From positions 1,120,001-1,184,000 of the forward strand of contig CAXXTB010000001.1 in the NCBI GenBank assembly GCA_963676795.2: 64,000 bases of DNA, given 5' to 3'. Origin of the DNA: Geopsychrobacteraceae bacterium. Lineage in GTDB: Bacteria > Desulfobacterota > Desulfuromonadia > Desulfuromonadales > Geopsychrobacteraceae. Position 1 is the stretch's first letter. Every line of letters starts with the position of its first letter. The position numbers and the translations under genes are program-made. This document shows, piece after piece, positions 50,547 through 60,387 of this stretch. The notes beneath the pieces are model-generated. The model had not been told where the DNA came from. It was given only the letters and a program-made list of their open reading frames with translations, and ran no database searches.

Positions 50547-51758
50547 CTACTTATTGTCTTCCTCAACCGCCTCATAGATATGATCGAGAATATCCGGAAT
50601 TGCACTCTGGACGCGGTTCCATGTCGGCATGTTCGGGGTTTCCATCGGGAAGTTCAGGTAGGCGTCACCGGCGCGCATGATGTTTTCCGCGAACAGCTCA
50701 ACCGCCTTCTCCTCCTTGTGCCTGTCGATCTTCAGTCCGTTGATCGTCGCATCGTTGTAGTAGCGTTCGACAAAATCGAGAGCGGTGCGGAAATAGGTCG
50801 CTTTTAAGGTCCGGAAACTTTCCGGTGAAAAGATATTTCCCTGGATCGCCAGCTTGCGGATGACCGCCTTGATGATATCGGTACTCATGCGCGACAACCC
50901 GCACTGTGGGTCATCCTGGGAGAGATCCTGGTGCTTGTGGTCATAGACGTCGGCGATGTCGACCTGGCAGATACGGCTGGTCGCGTAGTTGCGATGCATC
51001 TCGGAGATGACACCGATCTCAAGCCCCCAGTCGCTGGGGATGCGCAGGTCGGTGAGCACCTCGGTGCGCATCGAGAATTCGCCGGCCAGGGCATAGCGGA
51101 AGCTGTTGAGGTAATCGAGATAATCGGAATAACCCACCAGCTTTTGCAGCGAATGGATCAGTGGTGTGACCAGCAGGCGGCAGACCCGGCCATTGAGGCT
51201 GCCCCCGGCGATGCGCGAATAGTAGCCTTTGCAGAACTGGTAATTGAAGGCCGGGTTGGCGACCGGGTAGATCAGCCGGGCCAGCAGTTCGCGCGAATAA
51301 GTGACGATGTCGCAGTCATGCAGGGCGACGGCACGGCTGCGCCCCGAGGCCAGGACATAGCCGAAGCAGTACCAGACGTTGCTCCCCTTGCCGCGCTCGG
51401 TCGGGGCCAGTCCTTCGGCGGCTAGCATCTCGTTGATCTTGCGCAGACGCGGACCGTCGTTCCAGAGAATCCGGTAGGTCTGTGGCAGGCGGCTGAAGTA
51501 TTCCTTGGCGTATTCGAACTGCTTTTCATCTGCACGGTCGAGGCCGATGACGATCTCGCGCAGGTAGCTGGCGTGCTTCAGATCATCGAGGATCGGCCCC
51601 AACGCCGGACCTTCCAGTTCGGAGAAGAGCGACGGCAGAACCAGGCTCATCGGTCGGCGCGTCGAAAAGCGCTCAAGATCGACTTCCAATTGCTTGAGAG
51701 GGCGATCGGTCAGGTTGTGCAGGGTGGTTATGACACCATTCTGGAAAAAATCAGCCAT
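50547..51758 (-). CDS. Glycosyltransferase, glucosyl-3-phosphoglycerate synthase-like
   Basis: MADFFQNG, GKGxNVW, HDCDI, YALAGEF, DWGLEIG, YDHKHQ. Confidence 0.85.
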   Translation of the reverse strand: MADFFQNGVITTLHNLTDRPLKQLEVDLERFSTRRPMSLVLPSLFSELEGPALGPILDDLKHASYLREIVIGLDRADEKQFEYAKEYFSRLPQTYRILWNDGPRLRKINEMLAAEGLAPTERGKGSNVWYCFGYVLASGRSRAVALHDCDIVTYSRELLARLIYPVANPAFNYQFCKGYYSRIAGGSLNGRVCRLLVTPLIHSLQKLVGYSDYLDYLNSFRYALAGEFSMRTEVLTDLRIPSDWGLEIGVISEMHRNYATSRICQVDIADVYDHKHQDLSQDDPQCGLSRMSTDIIKAVIRKLAIQGNIFSPESFRTLKATYFRTALDFVERYYNDATINGLKIDRHKEEKAVELFAENIMRAGDAYLNFPMETPNMPTWNRVQSAIPDILDHIYEAVEEDNK

Positions 51759-52563
51759 TGCGGGCTCCTTTCTCAGAGAACATCTTCAAGAGTGAAAGTA
51801 TTGCTTTATTCCAGCCAGCCGGACCCGGAGCGGGGGCTGTTATCATCTTGCGTGCTTGCGGATGTGCAGCGTGACCGCTGAGAGCCGGGATGACGATGGC
51901 GATATCCGCAGCTTCCATCATGCTTTCATCGTTCGGACCATCGCCGAGAGCGACCGTTGTCCAACTACTGGCCGGATGCTGTTCCAGGTACCAGGAGCGC
52001 AGCCATGTCAGGGCCGTGCCCTTGTCGGCTCCGCTGTCGAGGACATGGTAAAAACGTCCTCCGCGTAACAGCCTGAGCTTATGGCGTGCAAGCTTGTGGG
52101 CGAAGCGTTCCAGGGCCTGAGTGCTGTCCTGCCATTGCAGCGGTTCGCTGCACAGCCGTTGTTTCGCCAGCCTGGCGTTTTCAAGCGTCAGGCCGGTTGC
52201 CGCGGCAACCTCTGCGGCGCTCATATCGCTGAAACCGGTGAAGTCGAACTGTTCTTCCTGTCTGATGCTGTGCACCAGAGAAGTCAGTTCCTGGTAGCTC
52301 CTGCCAAAATAAAAGGCACCACGGGTCGGATCGTCCGCCTGCGGATCGATAACGATCGCCGCACCATTTTCCACGATGCAGGGGGTATCGAGTTCCAGTT
52401 CTGCGTGCAGCTTGGTAACTTCCGCCGCTGTTTTACTGGTGCACAAAATTAACGGTATAGAGAGGCTCTTCAGCTGATCCAGGGCCGGTAGCGCCGGTTC
52501 CCAGCTGTAGCTGTGATGATCAAGCAGTGTTCCGTCCAGGTCACTGAAGATGAGCAGGTTCAT
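51751..52563 (-). CDS. HAD-IIB mannosyl/glucosyl-3-phosphoglycerate phosphatase
   Basis: DLDGTLLD, TSKT.AE, GGRFYH, LGDGPND, GPAGW. Confidence 0.9.
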   Translation of the reverse strand: MNLLIFSDLDGTLLDHHSYSWEPALPALDQLKSLSIPLILCTSKTAAEVTKLHAELELDTPCIVENGAAIVIDPQADDPTRGAFYFGRSYQELTSLVHSIRQEEQFDFTGFSDMSAAEVAAATGLTLENARLAKQRLCSEPLQWQDSTQALERFAHKLARHKLRLLRGGRFYHVLDSGADKGTALTWLRSWYLEQHPASSWTTVALGDGPNDESMMEAADIAIVIPALSGHAAHPQARKMITAPAPGPAGWNKAILSLLKMFSEKGARNG

Positions 52564-52616
52564 AACGACTCTCTCTCCTGTTGTTGGAAATCGATAGGCT
52601 ATAAACACTTGATGAG

Positions 52617-52632
52617 TGCAAGGCAGGTGCCA
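52617..52632 (-). promoter_or_regulatory. sigma54 promoter of phosphatase-synthase operon
   Basis: TGGCAC-CTGCC-TTGCA, consensus match. Confidence 0.85.
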
Positions 52633-52674
52633 GTTTGAAAATTATTTGCTGGCTGTGTTGAGTGATTGGTCAAT

Positions 52675-52719
52675 AAAACCAAAACGGCCACCCTGAGGAG
52701 GAGTGGCCGTTTTGGTTTT
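52675..52719. terminator. Bidirectional terminator, 17-bp stem
   Basis: AAAACCAAAACGGCCAC..GTGGCCGTTTTGGTTTT. Confidence 0.85.
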
Positions 52720-52929
52720 TCTCTATCAGAATAAACAGGTTCTTGGGGGAGGAGGACCGGCGTATGCTGTTCAGGAGTAAAGACGCCGGACCTATCAAAA
52801 CCTGTGAACGAATCGGGTCAGTCGTATCTCATTGATAGTTTCTTTACTCTGGCATTTTGCGCTTTATGGCTGCCTGCACGAAAGTCACATAAAGACCACA
52901 AAAACTGGGCTGATCTTTCTGCTCCTGGT

Positions 52930-53031
52930 TTAGATGTATTGTACAAAGGTGCCGTAGCTGACAACCATAATGACGGCAACAACAGCAAGAACAGAGACCA
53001 TGGATGCTATGTTAGATGCGAATGCTTTCAT
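52930..53031 (-). CDS. Small hydrophobic peptide (33 aa)
   Basis: AAAGGAG RBS; MKAFASNIASMVSVLAVVAVIMVVSYGTFVQYI. Confidence 0.6.
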   Translation of the reverse strand: MKAFASNIASMVSVLAVVAVIMVVSYGTFVQYI

Positions 53032-53225
53032 ATCGATTTCTCCTTTGTTTCTAATAGGGAAACAGTGTTGTTTTATATGTAAGTCACTATAGGCCTGTTT
53101 GCATGTCAATGACAATACTAAATTTCTATAATGTCAACCCGTTTCCACTATGTGCAATTGCACAGTGGCCATTTGTCCTATTTCGCGACCCGGTTGATGT
53201 TCTTCTGTTGTTGCGCTGAATAATT

Positions 53226-53315
53226 TTAGGCAACACTGGCAATGAGAGCGAGCGTAGCGACAATCAATAAGGCCAGAGCTGGTGCTGTTCCCGCAAAATG
53301 ATTAAATCCTTTCAT
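53226..53315 (-). CDS. Small hydrophobic peptide (29 aa)
   Basis: AAAGGAG RBS; MKGFNHFAGTAPALALLIVATLALIASVA. Confidence 0.55.
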   Translation of the reverse strand: MKGFNHFAGTAPALALLIVATLALIASVA

Positions 53316-53378
53316 GGTCTTTCTCCTTTATCCAAGTTGTAATGTTGTTATGTCTGTTGTCCGCTTACCATTAGGCTA

Positions 53379-53480
53379 TCAGTTGATCCAGGTGCTTAAT
53401 ATGCCAACCTCGAGCAAGGCAAAGATGCCTGGAAAAACCAGAGTGGAAACTGTGCCTGCGAAAAATTGTTGAACGGTCAT
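53379..53480 (-). CDS. Small hydrophobic peptide (33 aa)
   Basis: GGAG RBS; MTVQQFFAGTVSTLVFPGIFALLEVGILSTWIN. Confidence 0.5.
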   Translation of the reverse strand: MTVQQFFAGTVSTLVFPGIFALLEVGILSTWIN

Positions 53481-53682
53481 GATTGACTCCGAATGTATTG
53501 CTTTTAGTGAAACGGTGTTGCCTTATATGGTTGTAAGATAACCGCCTTGGTAATCAAAGGAAAATATTTTGTTTCTATATGAACTATAGGGATTATTTAT
53601 AAAGATGATCTCTGGTTTGTTGCAGCTTGGAGGAGGGAGCGAACGGCTGGCTTCGCCGCCAGCCGTCGAGTTACTTTGCTGT

Positions 53683-54207
53683 TCAGCGCGTCAGGTCGCT
53701 GAAGTTGAGGATAGATTCGATATCGCTACGCTCGGATTTGTTGATGATGACCGCTTTGCCGATCAGCACGGCCTGTGCCTGAGAGATGATTTCTTCAATG
53801 GCCTTGAGGGTTGAGCCCTTGGCGAAGAAGTCGTCGACAAAGAGAATTCTGTTCCCTTTTTGCAGAACCTCTCGGGAGACGTAGAGGGTTGTTGATTCCT
53901 CCTTGGTAAAGGAAAAACTGGCTGCCGCATAGAAAGTCTGCATGGTCAGCGGCTTCTTCTTTTTGGCATAGATAAACGGCAGGTTCAATTCCCCGGCAAT
54001 CGCCTGGGCCAGCATGATCCCGCTGGTTTCCGCAGTGAGGATCTTGTCGATCTGACAGGTGGCAAAGCGGTTGGCCAGATCTTTGCCGAGTGCGTTGATC
54101 AGCCTGGTATCGACCATATGGTTGAGGAAGCGATCGACCTTGATCACCTCGCCGTTCACGGCGCCTTCTGCCTTGATCCGTTCCAGTAAAAGCTGTGCTG
54201 CTGTCAT
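53683..54207 (-). CDS. xpt: Xanthine phosphoribosyltransferase
   Basis: KVD.FLNH, ILTAETSGI, SFTK, LFVDDF. Confidence 0.85.
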   Translation of the reverse strand: MTAAQLLLERIKAEGAVNGEVIKVDRFLNHMVDTRLINALGKDLANRFATCQIDKILTAETSGIMLAQAIAGELNLPFIYAKKKKPLTMQTFYAAASFSFTKEESTTLYVSREVLQKGNRILFVDDFFAKGSTLKAIEEIISQAQAVLIGKAVIINKSERSDIESILNFSDLTR

Positions 54208-55124
54208 TTACGATCCTCCCGGTCATAGGGAATTCCCAGGCTTTCCGGTTGCTGGCTGGCCCCCTTCTGCTGACGCAGGGTGGCGATAACCAGGACCAGT
54301 ATGGTGAAAATATAGGGGAGCATTTGCAGGATATGGGCGCTGATCGTCGTGCCCATCGCTTGAAAACGCAGTTGCAGTGCGGTGATGCCGCCGAACAGGT
54401 AGGCGCCGATCAGGGCGCGCGGGCTCGACCAGCGGGCGAAGATGACCAGCGCGACGGCGATCCAGCCGCGTCCTGCGACCATGTTTTCGATCCACATCGG
54501 GGTCATTGCCAGGCTCAGGTATGCGCCGCCGATGCCGGAGATGCCGGAGCCGATGGCCACCGCCAAAAAGCGGAACCTTGTCACCGGGATGCCGCAGGTA
54601 TCAGCGGCACCCGGGTTCTCGCCGACGGTGCGCAATGAGAGTCCCCAGCGCATGCGGTAGAAAAACAGCGAGATGGCGACAACCAGGATGAAGCTGAGGT
54701 AGATCAGCAGGTCCTGGTTGAAGAACGGTTTGCCGATGCCGGGGATGGCAGACAGGCCGGGAATCGCCAAGCGCTGGAAGCCGCTGATGGTCTGGCCGAC
54801 CATCGGCTTGCCGAACAGTGCGGTGATGCCGATACCGAACATGGTCAGGGCCAGGCCGCTGACGATCTGGTTGCCGCGCAGCTGAACCGAGATGAAGCCA
54901 TGTACGGCTCCGGCGATGAAGCAGGCGACAAAGGCTGCACAGACACCGAACAGCAGCGAGCCGCTGTAGTAGGTAGCGCTGAAGCCGGAGAGGGCGCCGA
55001 TCAGCATCAGGCCTTCCATCCCCAGGTTATAGACACCGGAACGCTCGTTGAGGATACAGCCGAGGGTGGCGAAGAGGATCGGGGTGCCGGCCCTGACCGT
55101 GGCATCGAGCAGGATCTCAATCAT
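54204..55124 (-). CDS. ABC transporter permease (nucleoside/purine)
   Basis: ERSGV.NLG.EG, GENP.AAD, GRGWIAVA. Confidence 0.93.
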   Translation of the reverse strand: MIEILLDATVRAGTPILFATLGCILNERSGVYNLGMEGLMLIGALSGFSATYYSGSLLFGVCAAFVACFIAGAVHGFISVQLRGNQIVSGLALTMFGIGITALFGKPMVGQTISGFQRLAIPGLSAIPGIGKPFFNQDLLIYLSFILVVAISLFFYRMRWGLSLRTVGENPGAADTCGIPVTRFRFLAVAIGSGISGIGGAYLSLAMTPMWIENMVAGRGWIAVALVIFARWSSPRALIGAYLFGGITALQLRFQAMGTTISAHILQMLPYIFTILVLVIATLRQQKGASQQPESLGIPYDREDRK

Positions 55125-56187
55125 GGGCGGCTCCTTTGATCAGGCGAGGCCGGTAGATGATGAAGAAGTCGGAGGCCAGCAGGAAAAACAGGATCAGCCC
55201 CTGGAAGGCATAGACAAAGGCAACCGGCAGCTGCCAGAAAATCTGCAGGCTGTCGCCACCGACCAGCAGCACCCCCATCAGGAAGGAAACGATGACCACC
55301 CCGATAGCGCTGCGCTTGGCCAGCCAGGCAATGATGATCGCCGTATAGCCGTAGCCGGGGGAGAGCCCGTTCTGCAGGCGGTACTGCAGTCCGGCGACTT
55401 CACTGAAGCCGGCCAGTCCGGCGACCGCGCCGCTTAGGAACAGGACGATGAAAATGGCCGTCGCGGTCTTCATCCCGGCGTACTGGGCGGCTTTCGGGTT
55501 GCTGCCGATGACCTTGATCTGATAGCCCCAGACGGTGCGTTCCATGAACAGGTAGATGGCGATGGCGCAGACCAGGGCGAGGATAAAGCCGCTGTGCAGC
55601 CGGGTATCGAAATAGAAAGCCAGCCGGGCGGAGTCACTGAACTGAGCGGTCAGCGGAAAGTTGAAGCCTTTGGGGTCTTTCCAGGGACCATAGATCAGGT
55701 AGTCGGCGAAAAAGATGGCGATATAGTTCATCAACAGGGTGACGATAACCTCGTTGACCTGCCAGCGCGCCCGCAGAAAACCGGCAACGCCGCCCCATAG
55801 TCCGCCGCAGCAGAAGGCCGCGGCAAACATCGCAAGGAGCATCAGCCAGTGATTGTTGATCCCTGAAAAGAGCGCGATGCCGGTTGCACCGATCGCTCCC
55901 ATGTAGAGTTGTCCTTCGGCACCGATGTTCCAGATCTGCATGCGGAAGGCGATACTGACCGCCAGCCCGGTGAAGATCAACGGGGTGGTCTTGACCAGCG
56001 TCTCGGAGATGCCGTAGACGGAACCTAAGGAGCTGAAGATGATCTCCTTATACGCCGCCAGTGGGTTGACGCCGCCGAAATAGAGCAGAAAGCCGGCGAT
56101 GAACAGCGCGACCAGAATCGAGATCAGCGGGGCGCTGAAGCGGAACAGGGGCGTTGAGATTTCACGTCGTTCGATGACCAGTTTCAT
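55117..56187 (-). CDS. ABC transporter permease (nucleoside/purine)
   Basis: WNIGAEGQ, NEVIVTLLMNY, GYGYTAI. Confidence 0.93.
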   Translation of the reverse strand: MKLVIERREISTPLFRFSAPLISILVALFIAGFLLYFGGVNPLAAYKEIIFSSLGSVYGISETLVKTTPLIFTGLAVSIAFRMQIWNIGAEGQLYMGAIGATGIALFSGINNHWLMLLAMFAAAFCCGGLWGGVAGFLRARWQVNEVIVTLLMNYIAIFFADYLIYGPWKDPKGFNFPLTAQFSDSARLAFYFDTRLHSGFILALVCAIAIYLFMERTVWGYQIKVIGSNPKAAQYAGMKTATAIFIVLFLSGAVAGLAGFSEVAGLQYRLQNGLSPGYGYTAIIIAWLAKRSAIGVVIVSFLMGVLLVGGDSLQIFWQLPVAFVYAFQGLILFFLLASDFFIIYRPRLIKGAAHD

Positions 56188-57698
56188 CCCTGACCTCCTG
56201 CTTCGCCACTCATCATCAGACCGATCTCCTCGCGCGATGCACTGCGTGGGTCGGCATAGCCGACCAGTCGACCGCGGAACATGACCGCAATCCGGTCGCT
56301 CAGTTTGTACAGCTCATCGAGATCTTCGGCAATCAGGATGGTGCTCATGCCCCGGTCGGCGCCGTCGGCGATCACCTTGTGGACATACTCTGCGCTGCCG
56401 ATATCGAGGCCACGTGTCGGGTAGAGGGCGACCAATACCCTGGGATCCTCCGACAGCTCGCGGGCGATGATAACCTTCTGGATATTGCCACCGGAGAGGT
56501 AGCGTACCGGTGTGCCGTCCGGGCCACTCTTGATGGCGAACTGGCTGATCTTGTTTCTGGCGTTCTGCCTGATCGCTTTCCGGTCCTGGAAGATCCAGCG
56601 GCGGAATTCGCCGTTTTTGAAGCTCTTGAGAATCAGGTTTTCGTCAACGCTCATGTCGGGGGCAATGCCGACCGCCTTGCGGTCTTCCGGGATATGGGCG
56701 ATGCCGGCGATATAGGAATGACGCGCATTGCTGCGGGTAATGTCCCGTTCTCCGGCAAAGATCCGTCCCTGGCTGGGATCCTTGAGCCCAGTCAGGACTT
56801 CGGCCAGGGCTTTCTGGCCGTTGCCGGCGACACCGGCGATACCGAGGATTTCCCCCTTCTTGAGCTGCAGATCGAAGGCGTCGAGATCGGACAGGCCGCG
56901 TTCATTGCGGACCGAGAGGCCTCTGATGTCGAGAATGATCTCATCCGACATCTGCAGGTTTTTCTGCCACTCGGGAATCTTGTCCTGGCCGATCATCAGG
57001 CTGGCCAGCTTGTTCTCGTCGAAGCTGCCGCGCTCCAGGGTGTCGACGCTGCAGCCTTTCTTGAGGATTGTCACCCGGTCGGAGATCTCCATGACTTCGC
57101 GCATCTTGTGCGAGATGAAGATGATACTTTTCCCCTGGTCGCGCAGCTTTTTCAGCACCGCGAACAGCCGGTCGGTCTCCTGCGGGGTCAGTACCGCAGT
57201 CGGCTCATCGAGAATCAGCAGCCGGCAGTCGCGCAGCAGCAGCTTGATCAGTTCGATCCACTGCTGGGCACCGATCGAGAGCTGCCAGACCGGTGTGTCA
57301 AGGTCGAGGTCGAGATTGAACTCGTCGATCAGGGCCTGGATCTTGTGGCGATAGCGGCGGCGCTTGAACAGGTTCGGGACATCCGGGAGGGCAATCAGGA
57401 TATTCTCAAACACCGAATGGGCCGGGACCAGCATGAAGTGCTGGTGAACCATGCCGATGGCGCAGGCCAGGGAGTCTTTCGGGCTGGTGAAATGAACCGG
57501 CTTCCCATCGATGCTGATCTGACCGCGGTCGGGGTGATAGAGCCCGGTCAGGATGTTCATCAGGGTGCTTTTCCCCGCGCCGTTTTCGCCGAGCAGGGTA
57601 TGGATTTCCCCGGCGCTGACGCTGAACGACACATCATCGAGGGCAACGACCCCGGGAAAGGTCTTGCGAATATTTTTTAACTGGAGAAGATCCGCCAT
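56184..57698 (-). CDS. ABC transporter ATP-binding protein (double domain)
   Basis: GENGAGKST, LDEPT, LSGGNIQK; exact start uncertain. Confidence 0.93.
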   Translation of the reverse strand: MADLLQLKNIRKTFPGVVALDDVSFSVSAGEIHTLLGENGAGKSTLMNILTGLYHPDRGQISIDGKPVHFTSPKDSLACAIGMVHQHFMLVPAHSVFENILIALPDVPNLFKRRRYRHKIQALIDEFNLDLDLDTPVWQLSIGAQQWIELIKLLLRDCRLLILDEPTAVLTPQETDRLFAVLKKLRDQGKSIIFISHKMREVMEISDRVTILKKGCSVDTLERGSFDENKLASLMIGQDKIPEWQKNLQMSDEIILDIRGLSVRNERGLSDLDAFDLQLKKGEILGIAGVAGNGQKALAEVLTGLKDPSQGRIFAGERDITRSNARHSYIAGIAHIPEDRKAVGIAPDMSVDENLILKSFKNGEFRRWIFQDRKAIRQNARNKISQFAIKSGPDGTPVRYLSGGNIQKVIIARELSEDPRVLVALYPTRGLDIGSAEYVHKVIADGADRGMSTILIAEDLDELYKLSDRIAVMFRGRLVGYADPRSASREEIGLMMSGEAGGQG

Positions 57699-57755
57699 AA
57701 GTTCCATAAAAAGGGGCACGCCGGTATCCAGACGTGCCCCTTACTTCCATTGGAT

Positions 57756-58832
57756 TTAATTCGGAATGGTGCCCTTAACGCCTTCGACAAAGTAGCTCAT
57801 GCCAAGCAGGTCGCCATCGCTCGGGATCTGACCGGCGGCGACAACAACCTTGCCGCTCTGATCCTTGAGCGGACCGGCGAACGGATGGAGTGTACCGGCT
57901 TTGATCGCTGCGGTTTTTTCAGCAACGAGGGTGCGGACATCGGCCGGGACCTTGTCACTGTAGTCGGCCAGTTTGACCAGCCCTTCTTTCATGCCCCACC
58001 AGAGCTGCTCGGACTTCCAGGTGCCCTCATGGACTTCCTTGGCGATCTTGGTATAGAAGGAACCCCAGTTCCAGATCGGAGCGGTCAAGAAGGCGTTGGG
58101 GGCGAAGCTGCGCATGTCGGTATCGTAGCCGATGACATAGGCGCCGCGTGCTTCTGCGGCCTGCAGGGTGGCCGGAGCATCCTGGTGCATGGTCAGGACA
58201 TCGGCACCGACGTCAAGCAGGCTGTCGGCGGCATCCCGCTCGGTACCCGGGTTGAACCAGGTCTGGGTCCAGACGACGCGCACTTCGGCGTCAGGGTTGA
58301 CGCTTTTGACCCCCAGGGTAAAGGCGTTGATGCCGCGGATAACTTCTGGGATCGGGAAGGCGGCAACGTAGCCGATGATGTTCTTCTTGGTCATCTTGCC
58401 GGCGACGATCCCGGACAGGTAGCGTGGTTCATACATGCGGCCGAAGTAGGTGCCGACATTGTCAGCGGACTTGTAGCCGGAGCAGTGCATGAAGACGACC
58501 TTCGGGTTGCGCTTGGCAACATCGATGGTGGCATCCATGTAGCCGAAGCTGGTGGTGAAAATCAGGTTGTGGCCGCGCTGCACCAGCCCGTTGATGACCC
58601 GGGCCGATTCCGCACCTTCCGGAACCGATTCAATATAGGTCGATGGCTTGACGTAAGGGAGCTTTTCCATCTCCTTGCGCCCCTGGTCGTGAGCGTAGGT
58701 CCAACCGGCGTCTCCGACGGGGCCGACATAGATGAACCCGGCTTTGATTTCTTTGACCGGTTCAGCGGCCAGGGCAGTTCCGCACATGCAGACAGCCAGG
58801 ACGAACAGCAGAAAAAGAGCGGTTTTTTTCAT
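57756..58832 (-). CDS. BMP family ABC substrate-binding protein
   Basis: GFIYVGPVGDAGWTYAHDQGR, TSFGY, PEVIRGINAF. Confidence 0.93.
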   Translation of the reverse strand: MKKTALFLLFVLAVCMCGTALAAEPVKEIKAGFIYVGPVGDAGWTYAHDQGRKEMEKLPYVKPSTYIESVPEGAESARVINGLVQRGHNLIFTTSFGYMDATIDVAKRNPKVVFMHCSGYKSADNVGTYFGRMYEPRYLSGIVAGKMTKKNIIGYVAAFPIPEVIRGINAFTLGVKSVNPDAEVRVVWTQTWFNPGTERDAADSLLDVGADVLTMHQDAPATLQAAEARGAYVIGYDTDMRSFAPNAFLTAPIWNWGSFYTKIAKEVHEGTWKSEQLWWGMKEGLVKLADYSDKVPADVRTLVAEKTAAIKAGTLHPFAGPLKDQSGKVVVAAGQIPSDGDLLGMSYFVEGVKGTIPN

Positions 58833-58914
58833 CGGTTTCTACCTTTCTTGAGCGCGGTAATAGGTTTAGAGCAACATTATCTAGACAACTTTCCGTGGCC
58901 TGTCAAGCCGTTGG

Positions 58915-60210
58915 TCAAAGCTTGCTGTCGATGTTGTTTTTCAGCCAGCTGGCGTCCCACCATTCTACCGGTTGGACAGCAACGCCGTTGACGAAGACGC
59001 CCAGGTGGAGATGGTCGCCGCCTGCCATTCCGGTGGCGCCGCTGCGGCCGATGATTTGCCCTTTGCTGACCGTATCCCCGGTCTGTACCGAGAGCTGGCT
59101 CATGTGAGCATAGAGGGTCTGCAGGCCGAGGCCGTGATCGATGACGACACACATACCGTAGATCCCGAGGTAGTCGGCAAACAGGACGACACCGTTATTG
59201 CCTGCCTCGATTTCCGCCTGGGCGACGGACGCCAGGTCGTAGCCAAGGTGGTAGGTTTCGTCGATCTTTTTGCCTTCGTAGTAATAGGTCCGGTGATCGG
59301 CGAACAGCGCCAGGGTTGCAGCTTTCGGCTGACGGACGAAGGCGCCGTCCCAGAGCGGAGCATGGGCTGTCTGCTTGCTCAGCTCGGCCATCTTGGTCCG
59401 GTTCTGTTTTCTGATCTCGCCGTTGACATAAAGGAACATCTCCAGTGGAGTTGTGGCATTCGGAACCAGGGTCTCGAACTCGGGCATTTTCTGGTCAAGA
59501 AAGGACTTGGAGATATTGATGCTGCGATCACGGAAGCTTTTGTAGTTGGCGCGATAGTAGATCCCGGCCTGGCGCTCATTGCCGGCCAGGTCTTTAGCGA
59601 CCACGCGGGGAACGAAGTCCTGTTCTTTGACATAGTAGGGGTAGGTGAAAAGGCAGGCGTAGTTGCCTGAGTCCTGCTGGTAGGCCGGAAAGAAAAGGTC
59701 GCCGAACTGGACCCCGGCCCTGCTGACCTCTTCATTGAGGCTGAAGGTCACCAGGCCGCTGCCGCCCCGGGTGAAATTGTGCGCTTTGCTCAGGATCGAG
59801 ATGATCGGCGCACGGGTATCGTAGGTCAGGCTGTAGAGCTGGGTGTTGATATTGCCCTTGCCGAAATGGTAGATGGCCCGGTCGGAAGAGACGATTTCGA
59901 TCTGCAGGCCGCCATCGGCCAGTTGCAGGGCGCTTAAGTCGAGGTCGATGTCGATCGAAGCCGTTTGTTCAGGGAAATCCCTGACCAGTAACGATCTTTT
60001 GCTGCTCCCCTGCAGGACGTTGACCTGGACATTTTTCAGACCTATGCCCTCATCCGCGAGGGAAAGCAGCAACTTGGTTTTTGCCGAGACCGGTCCGTTG
60101 CCCGGGGTCAGGCTGATCTGCGGAGGGGCCGTATCGCGGAAGTAGAGGACTCCACCAGCAATGATGGCGATGATGATAAGGAAAACGACGACTTTTTTAA
60201 GAGATTTCAC
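58915..60210 (-). CDS. M23 family metallopeptidase
   Basis: HLGYDLA, YAH, HLH; N-terminal TM anchor. Confidence 0.92.
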   Translation of the reverse strand: MKSLKKVVVFLIIIAIIAGGVLYFRDTAPPQISLTPGNGPVSAKTKLLLSLADEGIGLKNVQVNVLQGSSKRSLLVRDFPEQTASIDIDLDLSALQLADGGLQIEIVSSDRAIYHFGKGNINTQLYSLTYDTRAPIISILSKAHNFTRGGSGLVTFSLNEEVSRAGVQFGDLFFPAYQQDSGNYACLFTYPYYVKEQDFVPRVVAKDLAGNERQAGIYYRANYKSFRDRSINISKSFLDQKMPEFETLVPNATTPLEMFLYVNGEIRKQNRTKMAELSKQTAHAPLWDGAFVRQPKAATLALFADHRTYYYEGKKIDETYHLGYDLASVAQAEIEAGNNGVVLFADYLGIYGMCVVIDHGLGLQTLYAHMSQLSVQTGDTVSKGQIIGRSGATGMAGGDHLHLGVFVNGVAVQPVEWWDASWLKNNIDSKL

Positions 60211-60387
60211 AGGTACAACCTTTCAGAACGTTTTTGAATTTTCATTTAAGAAATACAGGCGAATCTGACATCAGAACGACTCGGGGCAGCTTTTTGCTGC
60301 CCCGAATAAATTTTTGTGCAGGAATTGTTCATCTTCTCTCCGGGCTTGTCAAGTTTTCTACCGCCCGGCTGTTGCGATCCGTGCTTT

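Noticed and set aside
56379..58991. 433- and 413-aa plus-strand ORFs
   Set aside because: Antisense to well-supported ABC transporter genes.
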